Assembly: GCF_009914755.1 (NCBI RefSeq)
Contig: NC_060926.1
Length of the DNA: 64,000 bases
Source: the human T2T-CHM13v2.0 reference genome, Homo sapiens
Direction: 5' to 3' (one strand)
Shown here one piece after another: positions 13,271-27,335 of the stretch. Within the stretch, counting starts at the first letter, position 1, and the number at the start of each line of letters is the position of its first letter. The notes under the pieces were generated by a model. It was not told the DNA's origin and did not search any database. It saw nothing but the letters and a program-made list of their open reading frames with translations. Made by a program: the position numbers and the translations under genes.

Positions 13271-13845
13271 CTGAAGAAAAATATTTACTGGGCAGATTAA
13301 ATCGAATTAAAACAATCAGATTAAAAGGAGCCTGGAGGCTGCCCCTTAGCTCAGCAAGGGACAAGTTGCCTTTCTCTGAGCTGCAAACTCAGGCCAGGAG
13401 CTTGACTGATTTACCAGTAACATGAGAAGGTGTGATTGGAACTGCAAACAGGGCTGAAACACTGAAGAAGGAGTGTTTTTCTCCTCACATTGTATTCACA
13501 TGTCAGCTCTGGGGATAGGCTCACCTCACTAATTTAGACCAATGTAGATAAGGAATGCAAAGCTTAAATGAGAACACATCTGCTTACACACCCATGATGT
13601 AGGAAGTTTAGCTTTCCATTACAGGTAGTGCCATCTTACAAATAAGTCATATTTCCAAGGTGAAATTGTAAGTGAGCTCCTTACAATTCAGAGCAGATGT
13701 TCTTACACATGTAAATTTATATTCGATGATCCATCTCCCAGGTCAGCCACACAAGTATTTCTAATCCAAAGGGCATAAGGTGACATGGGCCACACACAAG
13801 CAACATTAAGCCCAGTAAAATAGTGTTCTATAGCCAGAGTGTGTG

Positions 13846-13877
13846 TTTGTTTGTTTGTTTGTTTGTTTGCTTGTTTG
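13846..13877. repeat. (TTTG)n microsatellite
   Basis: Visible tetranucleotide run. Confidence 0.85.
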
Positions 13878-14745
13878 CTACTTAGACAGTCCATATAAAT
13901 TAATTCTTTTAAGACACTGTTTTTAAAATGTTCTATTTAGTGGCCATAAATAATATTATTTTTAAAATACGGATTTCTTCTATCAATCTTCTAGCCCCTT
14001 CTAGGCTAAACTACACTGGCTGAATTAGCTTAGTTATATCACAGGAAATTCTTCTTAACCCACTTTGCTAAACTGTGTTCTATAGCTTAGTATTTCAGGA
14101 GTTGTTAATAGTCCTGAAAAAAGAAAAAATAAAGTTACTTTGTAGAATAAATTTGGAAAATATAGCACACTAAGGCTCCCTGGTGGAGATTTGCAATGCA
14201 CACTCAGTTATTGAAGATTCTAAGGTAAAGAAACCTTTTAAAGTTCTTGTCATCAGCTGTTACTAACAATTTTAATACATAACAAGTTTTTGTTTCACAT
14301 TACCCTAATTGACATCCTGAGAATAGGGTTCAAAACGCTAGCTTGGAAAATGCCAATTTGCTTATTTACACCTAAAAGTGTCTATGTTGCATAACATCTG
14401 TGGTAGAATAACAGCTCAATACATATAGTTGCAGCAGCATTCAGTACTATAATAATAAAAACAATATACTGTAGCTAGATCATAAATAACCTGAACTTCT
14501 ACAGACTTTCCTGAGAAGGTAAAGATTTATCTAACATAGTGTTCAGGGGAAAATAAAATTTAAGGTTTGTGAAAGGGGGTCATCACTCCTCCTGCTTCAG
14601 GGATAGTGTCTTTCCCAATGACTAGGGACTCCCAGGAGAATTTGCTTGGGTTCAGTGTTCTCCATAACCAGGGGAGTTTTGATTTATACTGGCACTCTTC
14701 CTGCTGAAAATGCCCCCTGTAATATATAGAAAAATTGGGTGCTTC

Positions 14746-14843
14746 ATATATATATATATATGTATACATATATATACACACACATATATATATACGTATA
14801 TATATACACATATATATATACGTATATATATATATGTATATAT
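14746..14843. repeat. (TA)n/(CA)-mixed low-complexity repeat
   Basis: Alternating purine-pyrimidine tract. Confidence 0.9.
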
Positions 14844-14922
14844 TTCCCCTAAGGAAATAATTAGTCTAGTCCCATTACAGTCATTTTTATTCTAAAAATA
14901 TATGTAAAAAGCTCTGTACTCA

Positions 14923-15250
14923 GGCTGGGTGAGGTGGTTCATGCTTATAATCCCAGCACTTTGGGAGGCCGAGGCAGGCAGATCACGATGTCAGGAGATC
15001 AAGACCATCCTGTCCAACATGGTGAAACCACATCTTTACTAAAAATACGAAAATTAGCTGGGCGTGGTGGTGTGTGCCTGTAGTCCCAGCTACTCAGGAG
15101 GCTGAGGCAGGAGAATCGCTTGAACCCAGGAGGCAGAGGTTGCCCGCTTGAACCCAGGAGGCGGAGGTTGCCATGAGCCAAGATCCTGCCACTGCACTCC
15201 AGCCTGGCAACAGAGCGAGACTTTGTCAAAAAAAAAAAAAAAAAAAAAAA
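14923..15250 (+). mobile_element. AluSc-like with internal 28-bp duplication
   Basis: gatcacgatgtcaggagatcaagaccatcctg diagnostic region, poly-A tail, TSD aaaaagc(tc/ct)tgtactca at 14906-14922 and 15246-15262. Confidence 0.95.
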
Positions 15251-17507
15251 GCCTTGTACTCACATAAGAATTTAAAATTAAACTTCATTTCGGATCCCAA
15301 GCTCTGAGGGAGACGGTCCTGAGATAATGAGATTACATAGTCTGCTGATGGTAGAAGACAAAAATCACATTAGTTGGTGCCTTGGTCCTATCTCTTCTTG
15401 TGCTGAAAGTATGTATTCTGGCTGGGCAAGGCCAGGAACTTTTGGGGGTAATTCACTGTGCAACATGGATTCCCAGCAGGCACTATTGATCTGACCCAGA
15501 AAGCCCCAGGCCCAGGTCTCATTTGTAGTTCTCGAAGGCCTGTTGGAGGCCAGCAGCTGGCTTTGGCTTAATTACCTCCCTAGCCAGTGAAGTTTGTGTG
15601 GCTTTCTACAGCACTTAAGAACAACTGACACCAAAGGGTTTGGTTTCATGTACTTGAACTTGGGTGACACGAATATTTCGGTGGTGAATCAGTCCTAGAA
15701 AGGGGAGGTGGGTAAGGTAGGGAGTGTTTATAGAAGACATTTCATCACCACTAGTCAAACATATCTCATTGTTGGTTCAGGAGGCACTGGTATTTTCCTC
15801 TTTGAAGGGGATGCTCAGGGAGCCAAGAGCTTCCACCCTGGAGCTCAGCTCCAGAGAAGGGCAATGGCCATTTGCACACAGGGAACCTGCAGGACTAGTT
15901 GCTTTGGAATGTTGACAATCTTGGGGAAAGGGTTTTATGTCTTTCCTCAGGGGAAGGGAAAAAAAGCTGGTAGATCTATGTAAAGAAAGGCTGAGGCTTT
16001 CTCTGGGACTTGGGGCTGCTGGTGAGAGCTTATCTTTCTGCCTGGCTTTCTTTTAAAGAACCCACTAGTTGCAGGACCCCAAAGATAAGGTCAAAAAACT
16101 TGTAATTTCAAAGAGTCAGTACTGCCAATATCAGTGATAAAAAAGTTCAGCTGGAAGATGAGAATATGAGATTTCTTTGGCTTGAGTACATCTCTTGCAC
16201 TGTAAATGAGGAAGCTCCAGACCCTACACAGTTGTGTTCCCTACAGCCCTCACCCCTCAGGTACAAAAAGAGAAGGCATCATGGTCCTTAGTGCTCTCCC
16301 AAGCCTTAGGAAGTGGAAATCATCTGAAAGCTTGCAGACCTCCTGGAGGTGTGGCATTATGAATGGCAAGGGGTCCCAAGAAGATTGCATGTAGAAAATC
16401 CCAAACTGGGCCATGCCAAGAAACACAAACCAAAAGGAAATACTTTATGAAAATAAACAAAGCTACTGAGTCAAACATACAAAGCAGGAAAACAGAACAA
16501 AAGATTATTTGAGGCCTGAGGTTTGAACATTTTGAAGCCACACATGTGCTAGGCCAGCCCAAGAACATGAAGAGCCTTACAGCTGTGTAAGCGCGGAGGC
16601 AGCCGGCTCCCATCAGGGGCTCCCCAGGGTCCCTGCAAGCCCACCGAGCTTGCTGGTTATGCTCCTATATCATCTTCTCTCCAACTTGAGCGCAGCCTTG
16701 AGCTACACAGAAACAGGGGTCTTCCACTGGAGGCTGCACAGATAGGGCTAACAGGACTGATTCCACCTACTGAGTAATTCCTGTTGCATGCATGTTAGTT
16801 TCCTCCAGTCCTAAATTTTTCCTACTGGAGCCCTAAAGGATATCAGTGTTAGAACAAAAAGTTCAGTTATTGAAATGTCTAACCAAGAACGTGCCACATA
16901 TTATACAATCTTCAGAATCTCAGAATTCTGAAACTGAATAAGTTTGGCTGAATCATTTAAATTCCCAAGAATTTTAACTCTATGAAATAAGATACAAGTC
17001 AGACTCATGTTAGGGTCAAACATATGTTGTAGCAAATAGACTTAGATTCCTGTGTACACAAGCCTCTGTCTGAGGGAAGTGTCTCAGTGATACCAAATTC
17101 TGAATCCATTTACACCTTCTTTGGTGTCACTAGAAGACTTCCTGAACCAATTACCTTACCCACAGCAGTATGCCTTTCACAAAGATATACTATGATGCCA
17201 TCTCTTTGGCTTTTCTGAGGGGGTCAGTAAAACAGATGCTGTATGGAAACTGCTCAAAATTTGTTGTAAAACTATTGTCAAGAATAAATGCAACCATATC
17301 TGATTGCAAGTTATTTTTACAATTACATTTCAGAAAATGTGTATCTGTTGAGGAATGAGTGTATTTTCTCTGTTCTGTTGATGAAGCTCACCAGGTTTTC
17401 CTTGCTTCTGTGATTGCCAGAAAGTTCATCTCCAAACGTCATAATCATAACTCTATAATGTCTCATGGTCAGCTCACTTTTGGCCCCCTCCTTTCTTTAA
17501 CCCTGCT

Positions 17508-17510
<3 letters not shown>

Positions 17511-17565
<55 letters not shown>
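17511..17565. repeat. (CA)27 microsatellite
   Basis: Perfect CA run. Confidence 0.95.
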
Positions 17566-17569
<4 letters not shown>

Positions 17570-19401
17570 CTCTGGAATTAAGGCTTAAAGATCAGGAAGG
17601 GTTACTCTAATTAGAAATGAAGAATTATCATATATGATTTGGCCATCTTCAGATACTATTCCAGAATGAACATCCAAGATCCATTCATCTCCCAGTGCTG
17701 AAGAGATAATGATTTTCCCTGAAGGAAGGGTGGCATATTCCATATCATGGAAGCAATAACCCTCTGCCCTCGTTCTTTTCCCTGGAGATTGATTGGGAAG
17801 GAGAAAAAGCATAACACTCACCATTGTTTAGCTGAGCACATTAATGTATTTTTGGATAAGTACAGAGAGGTCAGGAACTAAGTCTGGAATTCAGGCAGGG
17901 GAATGTGGAATGGGCTCTGCATGATCCAGTGGAAAGCGGTGTGGAGAAGTTGCTGGAGGGTAGTGACGTTGGGGAAGGAGTGGGAAGCTACAGAGAAACA
18001 TATTGAGAAACTGGAGTCTTAGTTGGTGAAAAAGACCAAGGGAATTTTCTGGAGTAGGAATTTTTATATTCTATGGAAATTATCTGACAGAGCTGTAGGA
18101 TAAACTGGTTCAACACTGTTTTATTACCAAAATTGTGTCTTTTGATTATGTCAAGGAGGAGGCTGATGGAGATGACAGAGAAATAACGGTATTTAGGAAA
18201 TTATATCAGGGAGAAAGAATTGGGGGTCCCCTGTTTAGGTGAATATTAAGATAAGATAAAAAGAAAAAGAATAGGGAAAAATAGTGTGGAATGGAGAATC
18301 CAGTGTATGCAAGTAAATCCAGTGTATGCAAGTAATTCCAGTGAAAACTTTTTGGACAAAACAGAGGCCTTGAAAATTTGCAAACATATGTGCAGACACC
18401 ACTGCCCTCCCACAGTACTTGGATTAGTGTGTGGAGGGGATTCATGGTAATTATATCAAAATCTCATGGACAGAAGTTTATGTTTGCAAATATATTGCTA
18501 TTTTGATTCTCATCAGGGAAGCAGCAGCCTAACATTTTGCAAGCTTCCTTTTCACAGATCTACATCAACAGCATAAGCACTTGGATATTCCCTAGTAGTT
18601 CAGGAGAGGAACCAGGGCAGACATGTTCAGTGCCCAAGGAGACTCTACAGATACTCAAATGAGAGGTTTTGGCAAACTAGAATTACCAGAGCAGGCTTCA
18701 TGTAGGATGAAGGTTAGGAGCAGATCTGGAAGGATAATAACTTTTCTACCCTTATTTGTTGACTAATGAATAGAGGAATGCATGATAGTCAGACTAATAG
18801 TGCCACAAAAAATTTTTTACAAATCTTTTAATAAAAGCTATGGTACCATGAGGAGTACTTAACTTGTGTCCAGATGTAAAAATAGAATAAATAGAAAGGC
18901 ATTTAACTCTATACATGTGATTTATTTGTGAGTAATTGTCAAGAGAAGTAATTACCATTATATTACTCTTTTGAAAATTATAATATCCAAAATGCAGAGG
19001 AATGCTGAGTACACATCTGACTCTGAAGAGAATAACTTCTATGCATCAAAAGAGATGAATCAGCTGTCATAACTTGGATCATCCATTTGAGAGGGGGTCA
19101 GTTTTGAGTTACTTTATTACTAGAACTTTGTATTCAGGAAGCAAAGATAGCTATGGTTTAGAATTTGATTAAAACACCTCACATCTAGTAAATTCCTCAG
19201 TTTAAGAGGAGAAATAAAACATTCCCCCTTCTATCAATCTATGTGTACATATTAGGTTTCATTGATAATTTTGATTAATCACTTATAACCTGTCTATTTC
19301 CAAGAAAAAAAATGATTTGATAATAGTTAAAATGCAAAGAAAATGAATGTCAGCAAGGACATACAAAGGAATGTGGTAGAACCTTTAAAAGGTAGTGCCC
19401 T

Positions 19402-19773
<372 letters not shown>

Positions 19774-19969
19774 TCACACAACAAGCTCTTTATTCCCTCC
19801 TACCTGAATTTGTTCACAAGCATTTTCCCATTGATGTCACCTAGTGGAACATTTAAAGTGTTTAGTACATTTTCTAAATATGCTAATTTTGTTAGAGTGT
19901 AAAAACTTAAAGGATTCAAGTAACTTTTTCTAGAAATAGGTACTTAAAAATAATAATCGTGTTGTGTAT

Positions 19970-20302
19970 TGTATTAGTCCATTTGCATGCTGTTGATAAA
20001 GACATACTCAGCATGGGTAATTCATAAAGAGAAAGAGGTCTAATGGACTCACAGTTCCACATGGCTGGGGAGGCCTCACAATCATGGCAGAAGGCAAGAG
20101 AGAATGAGGATCAAGCAAAAGGGGAAATCCCTTATAAAATCGTCAGATCTCTTGAGACTTATTCACTACCACAAGAACAGTATGAAGGAAACTGCCCCCA
20201 TGATTCAATTATCTCCCACCAGGACCCTCCCACAACACATGGGAATTATAGGAGCTACAATTCAAACTGAGAAGTGGATGGGGACACCACCAAACCCTAT
20301 CG
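19970..20302 (-). mobile_element. THE1-family (MaLR) solo LTR
   Basis: tgtattagtccattt...gactcacagttccacatggctggggaggcctcacaatcatggcagaagg...caaaccctatc; 5-bp TSD tgtat at 19965-19969 and 20303-20307. Confidence 0.9.
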
Positions 20303-20305
20303 TGT

Positions 20306-20363
20306 ATCATATCATATCATATCATATCATATCATATCATATCAATCATATCATATCATATCA
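20306..20363. repeat. (CATAT)n pentanucleotide repeat
   Basis: Visible run directly after the LTR. Confidence 0.9.
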
Positions 20364-20880
20364 CTGCTCTATGGTCTACAAAACACATTGACATACATCT
20401 CATTATATCTGACTCCAAGTACTTGGAAACTAGAATTTTCATATGCTGTGTTGTAACATTGTGCTTACTTTTTAAAGTATTTTCCCTACCATTTTCACTT
20501 TATCCTCACTACAAGGAAGTAGACTTTCTCATTCCCAGTTTGCAGATGCAGAAATCAAAATGCTACCACCTGCTTGACTTATAATTTAGACTGATCATTT
20601 TAAAAGTCTGTCTTTTTAATGCCTGATCATTAAAATACCCCATTGATAAATCCATTTACTTTTATTCTTTGACTTGGAGATCGTATTTTTCAGAAAACTC
20701 AATATTAATGCTGTATTATTTTTCTCCTAGTTCTATATATAGATAGATATGCTGAAATTGATATGATACATATATACAGTTGATGTGATATGATATATAT
20801 GTCCTATATATAATGAATATACTTCTTAGAGTTGATAATGATACATATCACATTATATATCAAAAAAACAAAATGTTTCC

Positions 20881-21083
20881 ACCATGTTACTGAGATTGGA
20901 AAACTAATATACTTCTTAGAGTTGATAATGATACATATATCATTATAAATATATGTAACATATGATATATATCTATATATCATATATTATATACATATAT
21001 GTATATATCATAGAATGATACACATATATATATCATTATCAACTCTAAGAAGTATATTAGTGTTCCAATCTCAGTAACATGGT
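20881..21083. repeat. 60-bp inverted repeat (58/60) with an 83-bp AT-rich spacer
   Basis: 20881-20940 is the reverse complement of 21024-21083 with two mismatches. Confidence 0.9.
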
Positions 21084-21299
21084 TGAAATATATTTTATTT
21101 GTGGAACCACAAATAAAATATTACCAACAGAAAAGTATGGAAAACATACAAATGAGCTCACAAGAAAGACAAATGCCCAGCTGCCAGAAATAAAAAAGAA
21201 ATAAAAAAACAGAGGCTGAAATAATCATATATAAAACTTTTAGTAGGCAACTAAAGCAATGCTTACAGGGATATGTGTCCCTACAAATAAATATAGATA

Positions 21300-22000
21300 T
21301 AGACATACAAAATTAAGAATGACATGCTGTAAGTTAAATGTGCAATTTAAGAAGATAATCTAAAGAAAGTTAGAGGAAGGAAATAATATAGACAAACAAA
21401 ATAAAAAAGAGAAAAACAGTAAATCTAAATAATTTGATAATAATCAAATTATTCTTTGAAAGGCTAATAAATAGTCAAATCCATCACAAAGCTAGTCAAA
21501 AAAAAAGAAGAAAAAACAAGATAAAAAGAGGGATAAAACTACAGGTATGGTAGAACAGTAGAAACTTTTCCCCAACTTTAAAGAATGTTAGAAAAAGTTT
21601 TATGCCAATAAATTTGAAAACAAACATGCAATGAACAATTTCTTAGAAAAATGAGTAAATTATCAAGGCTAAGCAAAGAAATATTAGAGAAATTGATCAT
21701 CTATTAAAGAAATTAGGTTGGGAGTTTAAAAAAATCCATCTCCCTACCCCCACCTTTTCATATCTTCCCCTTCCCACAAACCCAAATATCAACACCATCA
21801 GGCTCCAACAGTTTTATAGACAACTTTTACTACGCCTTCAAGGAACACAAAAGCCCTGTCTTACACAAACCATTCCAGAGAACAATAAAAGAAGGAATTC
21901 TCCCCAACTTGTTTTATGAGGCTAGGATGACCTTGATTCTGATACATGAAAGCCAGAGAAAATTATAGACAGTTTCCACTATTAACACAGATGCTGATAT
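21300..22000 (+). mobile_element. Old L1M ORF2 remnant
   Basis: tatgccaataaatttgaaaa, ccattccagagaacaataaaagaaggaattctccccaacttgttttatgaggctag are ORF2-like. Confidence 0.65.
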
Positions 22001-23189
22001 ACTTCATATAGAGTAAAGAAATCTTTCTACCTTTCTCATCCCACAGTTTTCAGAGGCCAAGAGGACATCCTCATGGTAGATGCAAACTAAGTTCCCCCAG
22101 TCATTCTTTGTCATCAGCCGTGAATGTGGGACACAGGCCACTCTCACCTATAGAGATCCAAACTGGGCCCCACTCATTGGAAAAATGGCCACACCCTGTA
22201 TCCTCAGACTTTATCCTCCATGGTCAGGAGTCAAGAGGAGGCTCACCAGCACAGAGAAGGACAGACTCCAAGTGGAACTAAGTCAATTCTCCCCCAGACA
22301 TTTTGGTCCGTTTTAACAGGATCAAAATAGAAACAAGACAGGCACCCCTCCTTACCTCACCAATACACATAGGCTCCTTCTCATTTTCTGTGTTGTACTT
22401 GTGGAGTCTCAGTTATGCTCATTATACACTGTTATTATAGAAGACCAGACCACTGAGTCACCATCAGCTCCTTTTCTCTAACCTCCATAGGTCCTTTAAA
22501 TATTTCCTATTCTATCCCCATCTCCTTAACTCACTTCATTTCTTACATTTTCTTTTACCATGATCTCTGGAATCCACTGTCAATTATTAGCAAATTTGCC
22601 TATATGTAAAAAACTTCCTCTAACTGTTCTTGATCTTCTTATTCTTAGAGCCACTTGACTCTCCCCTGAGATGCTGTTTCCACATAGCTACCCCTCTTAA
22701 CTGGAGGAGGAACATGTATCCTCTTTGTCTATTATTGCCACTTTTAAGCCATTCTCCTTTCCTACTCCCTTAAATCTCCCAGCTCTGAACCTTGTGGCCT
22801 CAGATTACACTACCACTTTAATTCCTTGTTGCTATCATCTACTTAACGCCCCTTCATGTCTTAATGATTATAGTTCTTGGTTCAGTATATGCAACGCTAT
22901 TTCTATCTTAATTCTTAGTGATTCCAAAATATATATTAAGATGATTCTCCCAACATTCATTAATTCTTTGGACACCTCTCCTCAGATAATCTTGTCCTCC
23001 ATGCTACCTCAGGCATTCATTCCCATGGTTATATATCAGAATTTACATTTCTGTAATTGCAATCTCTATTCAATCTCAGCTGCATGCATTCAATTCTCTG
23101 ACTACCATTTTCTATTTTCCTAGCTCTCTTTAATACCTGATTCTAGTGATAGATACTCAATAAATATTTATGGACAGAATATATGATTG

Positions 23190-24008
23190 AATATAATTCA
23201 TCACATTATAAGATGAAAAGGTTTGTTACTGTTGAAACATATGTAAAAAATAAGTAGCAGAGGAGTTAAACCCTGATTTTTGGTGCAAACGTTTTAGCAA
23301 ACTAGTGATAGAACATAATATCCTTAATTTGAAAAGTGTTTCTAATAAACTCTATAGCTAATACAATTTTCCAGTGACATTTTAGAAGTAGTATTTTTTA
23401 ATCAAGAGAAATGTGCTTGGTATCACTGCCTCTATTCAACATTGTAGGTGGTCCTTGAAAATACTACATAATACAACTTAAAAATAAAGATTAGTAAAGA
23501 AAACAATGTCATTTTTGACTGATGAGGTAATCATGCAGAAAAATGTACAGAATATCAGAACTGATAAAAGAGTAAATCAAGTTAGCTAGCTGTAAGATAA
23601 ATATATAAAAATGGACACTTTCCTTACATGCTTGAAACCATCAATTTAAACACACAAACTATTCACAACAGCAACAAGCATTATAAGATACCCAGGAATA
23701 GATTTAAATATATATATTATATATATATATTATATATAATATATATTATATATAATATATATATTATATATATAAAATATATAATATATATAATATATAT
23801 GTGCTACATTTACAGAAAAGAAAAAATAAACATTATTAAGGAACATGAAAAATATTAAAATAAAACATATGGGTAGATATACCATATATATGGGTGGAAA
23901 TATTCAAAATCTGAAATATAGCAATTCTGCCCAAATTAATCTATACATTCAATGCAATTCTAAAAAAATTCAATTTGTTTTTAATGGAACTTGATAAGTA
24001 AAATTCAA
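23190..24008 (+). mobile_element. Old L1M ORF2 remnant containing (TA)n at about 23708-23800
   Basis: ctctattcaacattgta...aaattaatctatacattcaatgcaattc ORF2-like sequence. Confidence 0.6.
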
Positions 24009-24144
24009 TGTTTAATTTTTTTATTTTGGCTAGAACATTTAACATGAGAACTGTTTACTATAGGTACAATAGGCACAACATTGTACAGCAGATATCTAGA
24101 GCTTATTCATCTTTTTTGACTGAAACTTTATGTCCATTGAACAG

Positions 24145-27100
24145 TGTGAACCAAAAGTATCTGGAACAGGTCTCAATCAATTTAGAAAGTTTATTTTGCC
24201 TAGGTAAAGAATGTACCTGTGAAATGGCCTCAGGAGGTCCTGATGACATGTGCTCAAGGTGGTCAGCGTACAGCTTGGTTTTACACATTTTAAGGAGATA
24301 TGAGACATCAATCAATATGTGTAACATGTACATAAGTTCAGTCCAGAAAGGGGGCACAACTCAAAGCAGGGCATATTAGTCCATTCTTGGACTGCTACAA
24401 AGAAATACCTGAAACTGGGTCATTTACAAAGAAAAGGGGTTTAATTGCCTCACGGTTCTGTAGTCTGTACAGGAAGCATGATGCAGCATCTGCTCAGCTC
24501 CTGGGGAGGCCTTAGGAAACTTACAATTATGACAGAAGGCAAAGGAGAACCAGGCACATCTTACATAGCCAGAACAGGAGCAAGAGAGAGAGTAGTGGGA
24601 GGTGCCATATACTTTTAAACAACAAGATCTCACAAGAACTCACTCACTACCACAAGAACAGCATCAAGTGGGAAATCCACCTCCATGATCCAGTCACCTC
24701 CCACCAGGCCTCCCCCTACAACATTGGGGATTACAACTGAACATGAGCTTCGGGTAGGGTCACAGATCAAAACCATATCATTCTCTCACTGGCCCCTTCC
24801 AAATCTCATGTCCTTCTCACATTGCAAAATACAATCATGCCTTCTGAGCAGTACCCAAAAGTCTTAACTCATTCTAGCATTAACTCAAAAATCTAAAGTC
24901 CAAAGTCTCATCTGAGACAAGTCAGGTCCCTTCTGCCTATGAACCTGTAAAATCAATAACAAGTTAATTACTCCCAAGATACAATGGGTATAAATACTGG
25001 GTAAGTGCTTCCATTCCAAAAGAAAGAAATCAGCCAAAAGAAAGGGCTATAGTCCCCACACAAGTCCGAAACCCAGCAGGTCAGTCATTAAATCTTGAAG
25101 TTTCCAAATGGTCTCCTTTGACTTCGTGCCTCACATCCAGAGCACACTGATGCAAGGGGCAAGTCCCCAAGGCCTTGGACAGCCCCACCCCTGTGGTTTG
25201 CAGGGTTCAGTCCACAAGGCTGTCCTCAAGGGCTGGCATTGAGTGCCTGTGGCTTTTCCAGGTGCAAGGTGCAAGCCATCAGTAGATCTATCATTCAGGG
25301 GTTTGGAGGATGGTGGCCCTCTTCTTACAGTTCCTCTTGGCGGTGCTCCAGTGGGGACTCTGTGTGGGGGCTCCAACCCCACAGGGGCTCCCCTCCACAT
25401 CAGGAGTGGCTCCCGTCCACACTACCTTAGTAGATGTTCCCCATGAGGGTTCCACCTTTGCAGCACGCTTCTTCCTGGACATCCAGGCTTTTCCATACAT
25501 CCTCTGAAATATAGACAGAGGCTCCCAACCTTTACTCTTGCATTCTGTGCACTTGCAGGCTTAACACAATGTGGAAGCAGCCAAGGCTTATGACTTGCAC
25601 CCTCTAAAGTAGTGGCCCAAGCTGTACCTGGACCCCTCTGAGCCACAGCTAAAGCTAGAGTGGCGTGGATGCAGAAGTGGTGTCTCGAGGCTGTTCAGGG
25701 CAGTGGGGCGCTAGCACTGGCCCATGAAACCATTCAGTCCTCCTATACCTCCAGGCCTGTGAAGGGAGGGGCTGCCACAAAGATCTCCAAAATGTCTTGG
25801 AGGCCTTTTCCCCATTGTCTTGGCTATTAGCATTTGGCTCCTTATTACTTATGCAAATTTCTACAGCCTGCTTGAATTTTTTGTCCAGGAAAATGGGCTT
25901 TTCTTTTCTACTGCATGGCCAGGCTGCAAATTTTCCAGACTTTTACACTCTGCTTCCTTTTTAAATATAAGTTCCAGTTTCAGGTCATTTATTTGCTCAT
26001 GCATATGAGTGCAGGATATTAGAAGCATCCAGGCCATATCTTGAATGCTTTACTGCTTAGAAATTTATTCTGTTAGATACTCTAAATTTCCTCTCTCAAG
26101 TTAAAGGTTCCACAGATCTCAAATCTAGAGGCATAATGCAGCCAGGCTCCTCACTAAAGCGTAGCAAAACATTTATTCCAGTTCCCAGTAAGTTCCTCAT
26201 TTCCATCAGAGACCTCAGCCTGAAATTCATTGTCCATATCACTATTAGTATTTTGGTCACCAACACTCAACAAGTCTTTAGGAACTTTCAAATTTTCCCT
26301 CACCTTCCTATCTTCTTCTGAGCCCTCCACACTCTTCCAGCCTCTGTTTGTTACCTAGTTCCAAAGCTGCTTCCACATTTTCAGGTATCTTTATGGTTAT
26401 TTCTCACTTCTCTGGTACCAATTTTCTGTAGTAGTCCATTCTTGCACTGCTATAAATAAATACCTGAGATTGGATAATTTATAAAGAAAAGAGGTTTAAT
26501 TGGCTCACGTTTCCACAGGCTATACAGGAAGCACAATGCTGGTGTCTGCGTAACTTCTGAGGAGGCCTGAGGAAACTTACAATCATGACAGGAGGCAAAA
26601 GTGAAGCAGGTACCCCTTACATGACGGTAGTCAGAGCAAGAGAGAGAGTAGGGGGAAGTGCCACAAACTTTTAAACTACCAGGTCTCACAAGAACTCACT
26701 CACTACCACAAGAACAGTACCAGGTGGGAAATCTGCCCTCTAGATTTACTTGTCTCCCACCAGGCCCCACCTCCAACATTGTGGATTACAATTCAACATG
26801 AGATTTGGGTACGGACACAGATCCAAACCATATCACAGGGGCTTCCAGGTCATAGGTAGGTAATAGACAAATGGTTGTATTCTTTTGAGTCTTTGATGAG
26901 CCTTTCACTGAATACACAACTTACATGTGAGAGGAAGGTAGAGGAATAGTCACGTATGCATTAGTCTGGCTGAATGAATCTGCATTTTTCCATAAATGCA
27001 AGGGCAAAGGAAGCAATCAGATACGCATTTGTCTCAGATGAGCAAAGGGATGACTTTGAGTTCTGTCCTTTGTCCTACAACTGTGAAGACAAGTTATCAA

Positions 27101-27335
27101 TTTACATTGCCAGGGTGAAATTCGACAGAACTGTTTTTGGGTAAAGATCTTGAGGATGACAGGGAATTTCCTTGTGGGCAAATTATGAGGAGGTATGTAC
27201 CTTTTTTTCTTTTATCTTTGTAGCTATCTTATTTAGGAATAAAATGGGAGGCAAGTTTGCTCAACGCAGTTCCCAGCTTGACTCTTCCCTTTGGTTTACT
27301 GATTTAGGGGTCCTGAGATTTCTTTTCCTTTCACA
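24145..27335 (-). mobile_element. MER4A-like (ERV1) solo LTR split by an MST provirus (pieces 24145-24371 and 26836-27335)
   Basis: Termini tgtgaaccaaaagtatctg and ...ttttcctttcaca; 4-bp TSD acag at 24141-24144 and 27336-27339. Confidence 0.85.
24372..26835 (-). mobile_element. Complete MSTA/MSTB MaLR element (LTR 24372-24780, internal 24781-26426, LTR 26427-26835)
   Basis: Two about 409-bp direct-repeat LTRs ending aaccatatca, MaLR internal sequence between them, 5-bp TSD caggg at 24367-24371 and 26836-26840. Confidence 0.92.

Noticed and set aside
14070-14350. Possible hAT-Charlie MER relic
   Set aside because: Resemblance too weak to assign family or boundaries without a database search.
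25131-25646. Multiple ORFs in a GC-richer stretch
   Set aside because: MaLR (MST) internal sequence; short frames on both strands with no intact retroviral gene.
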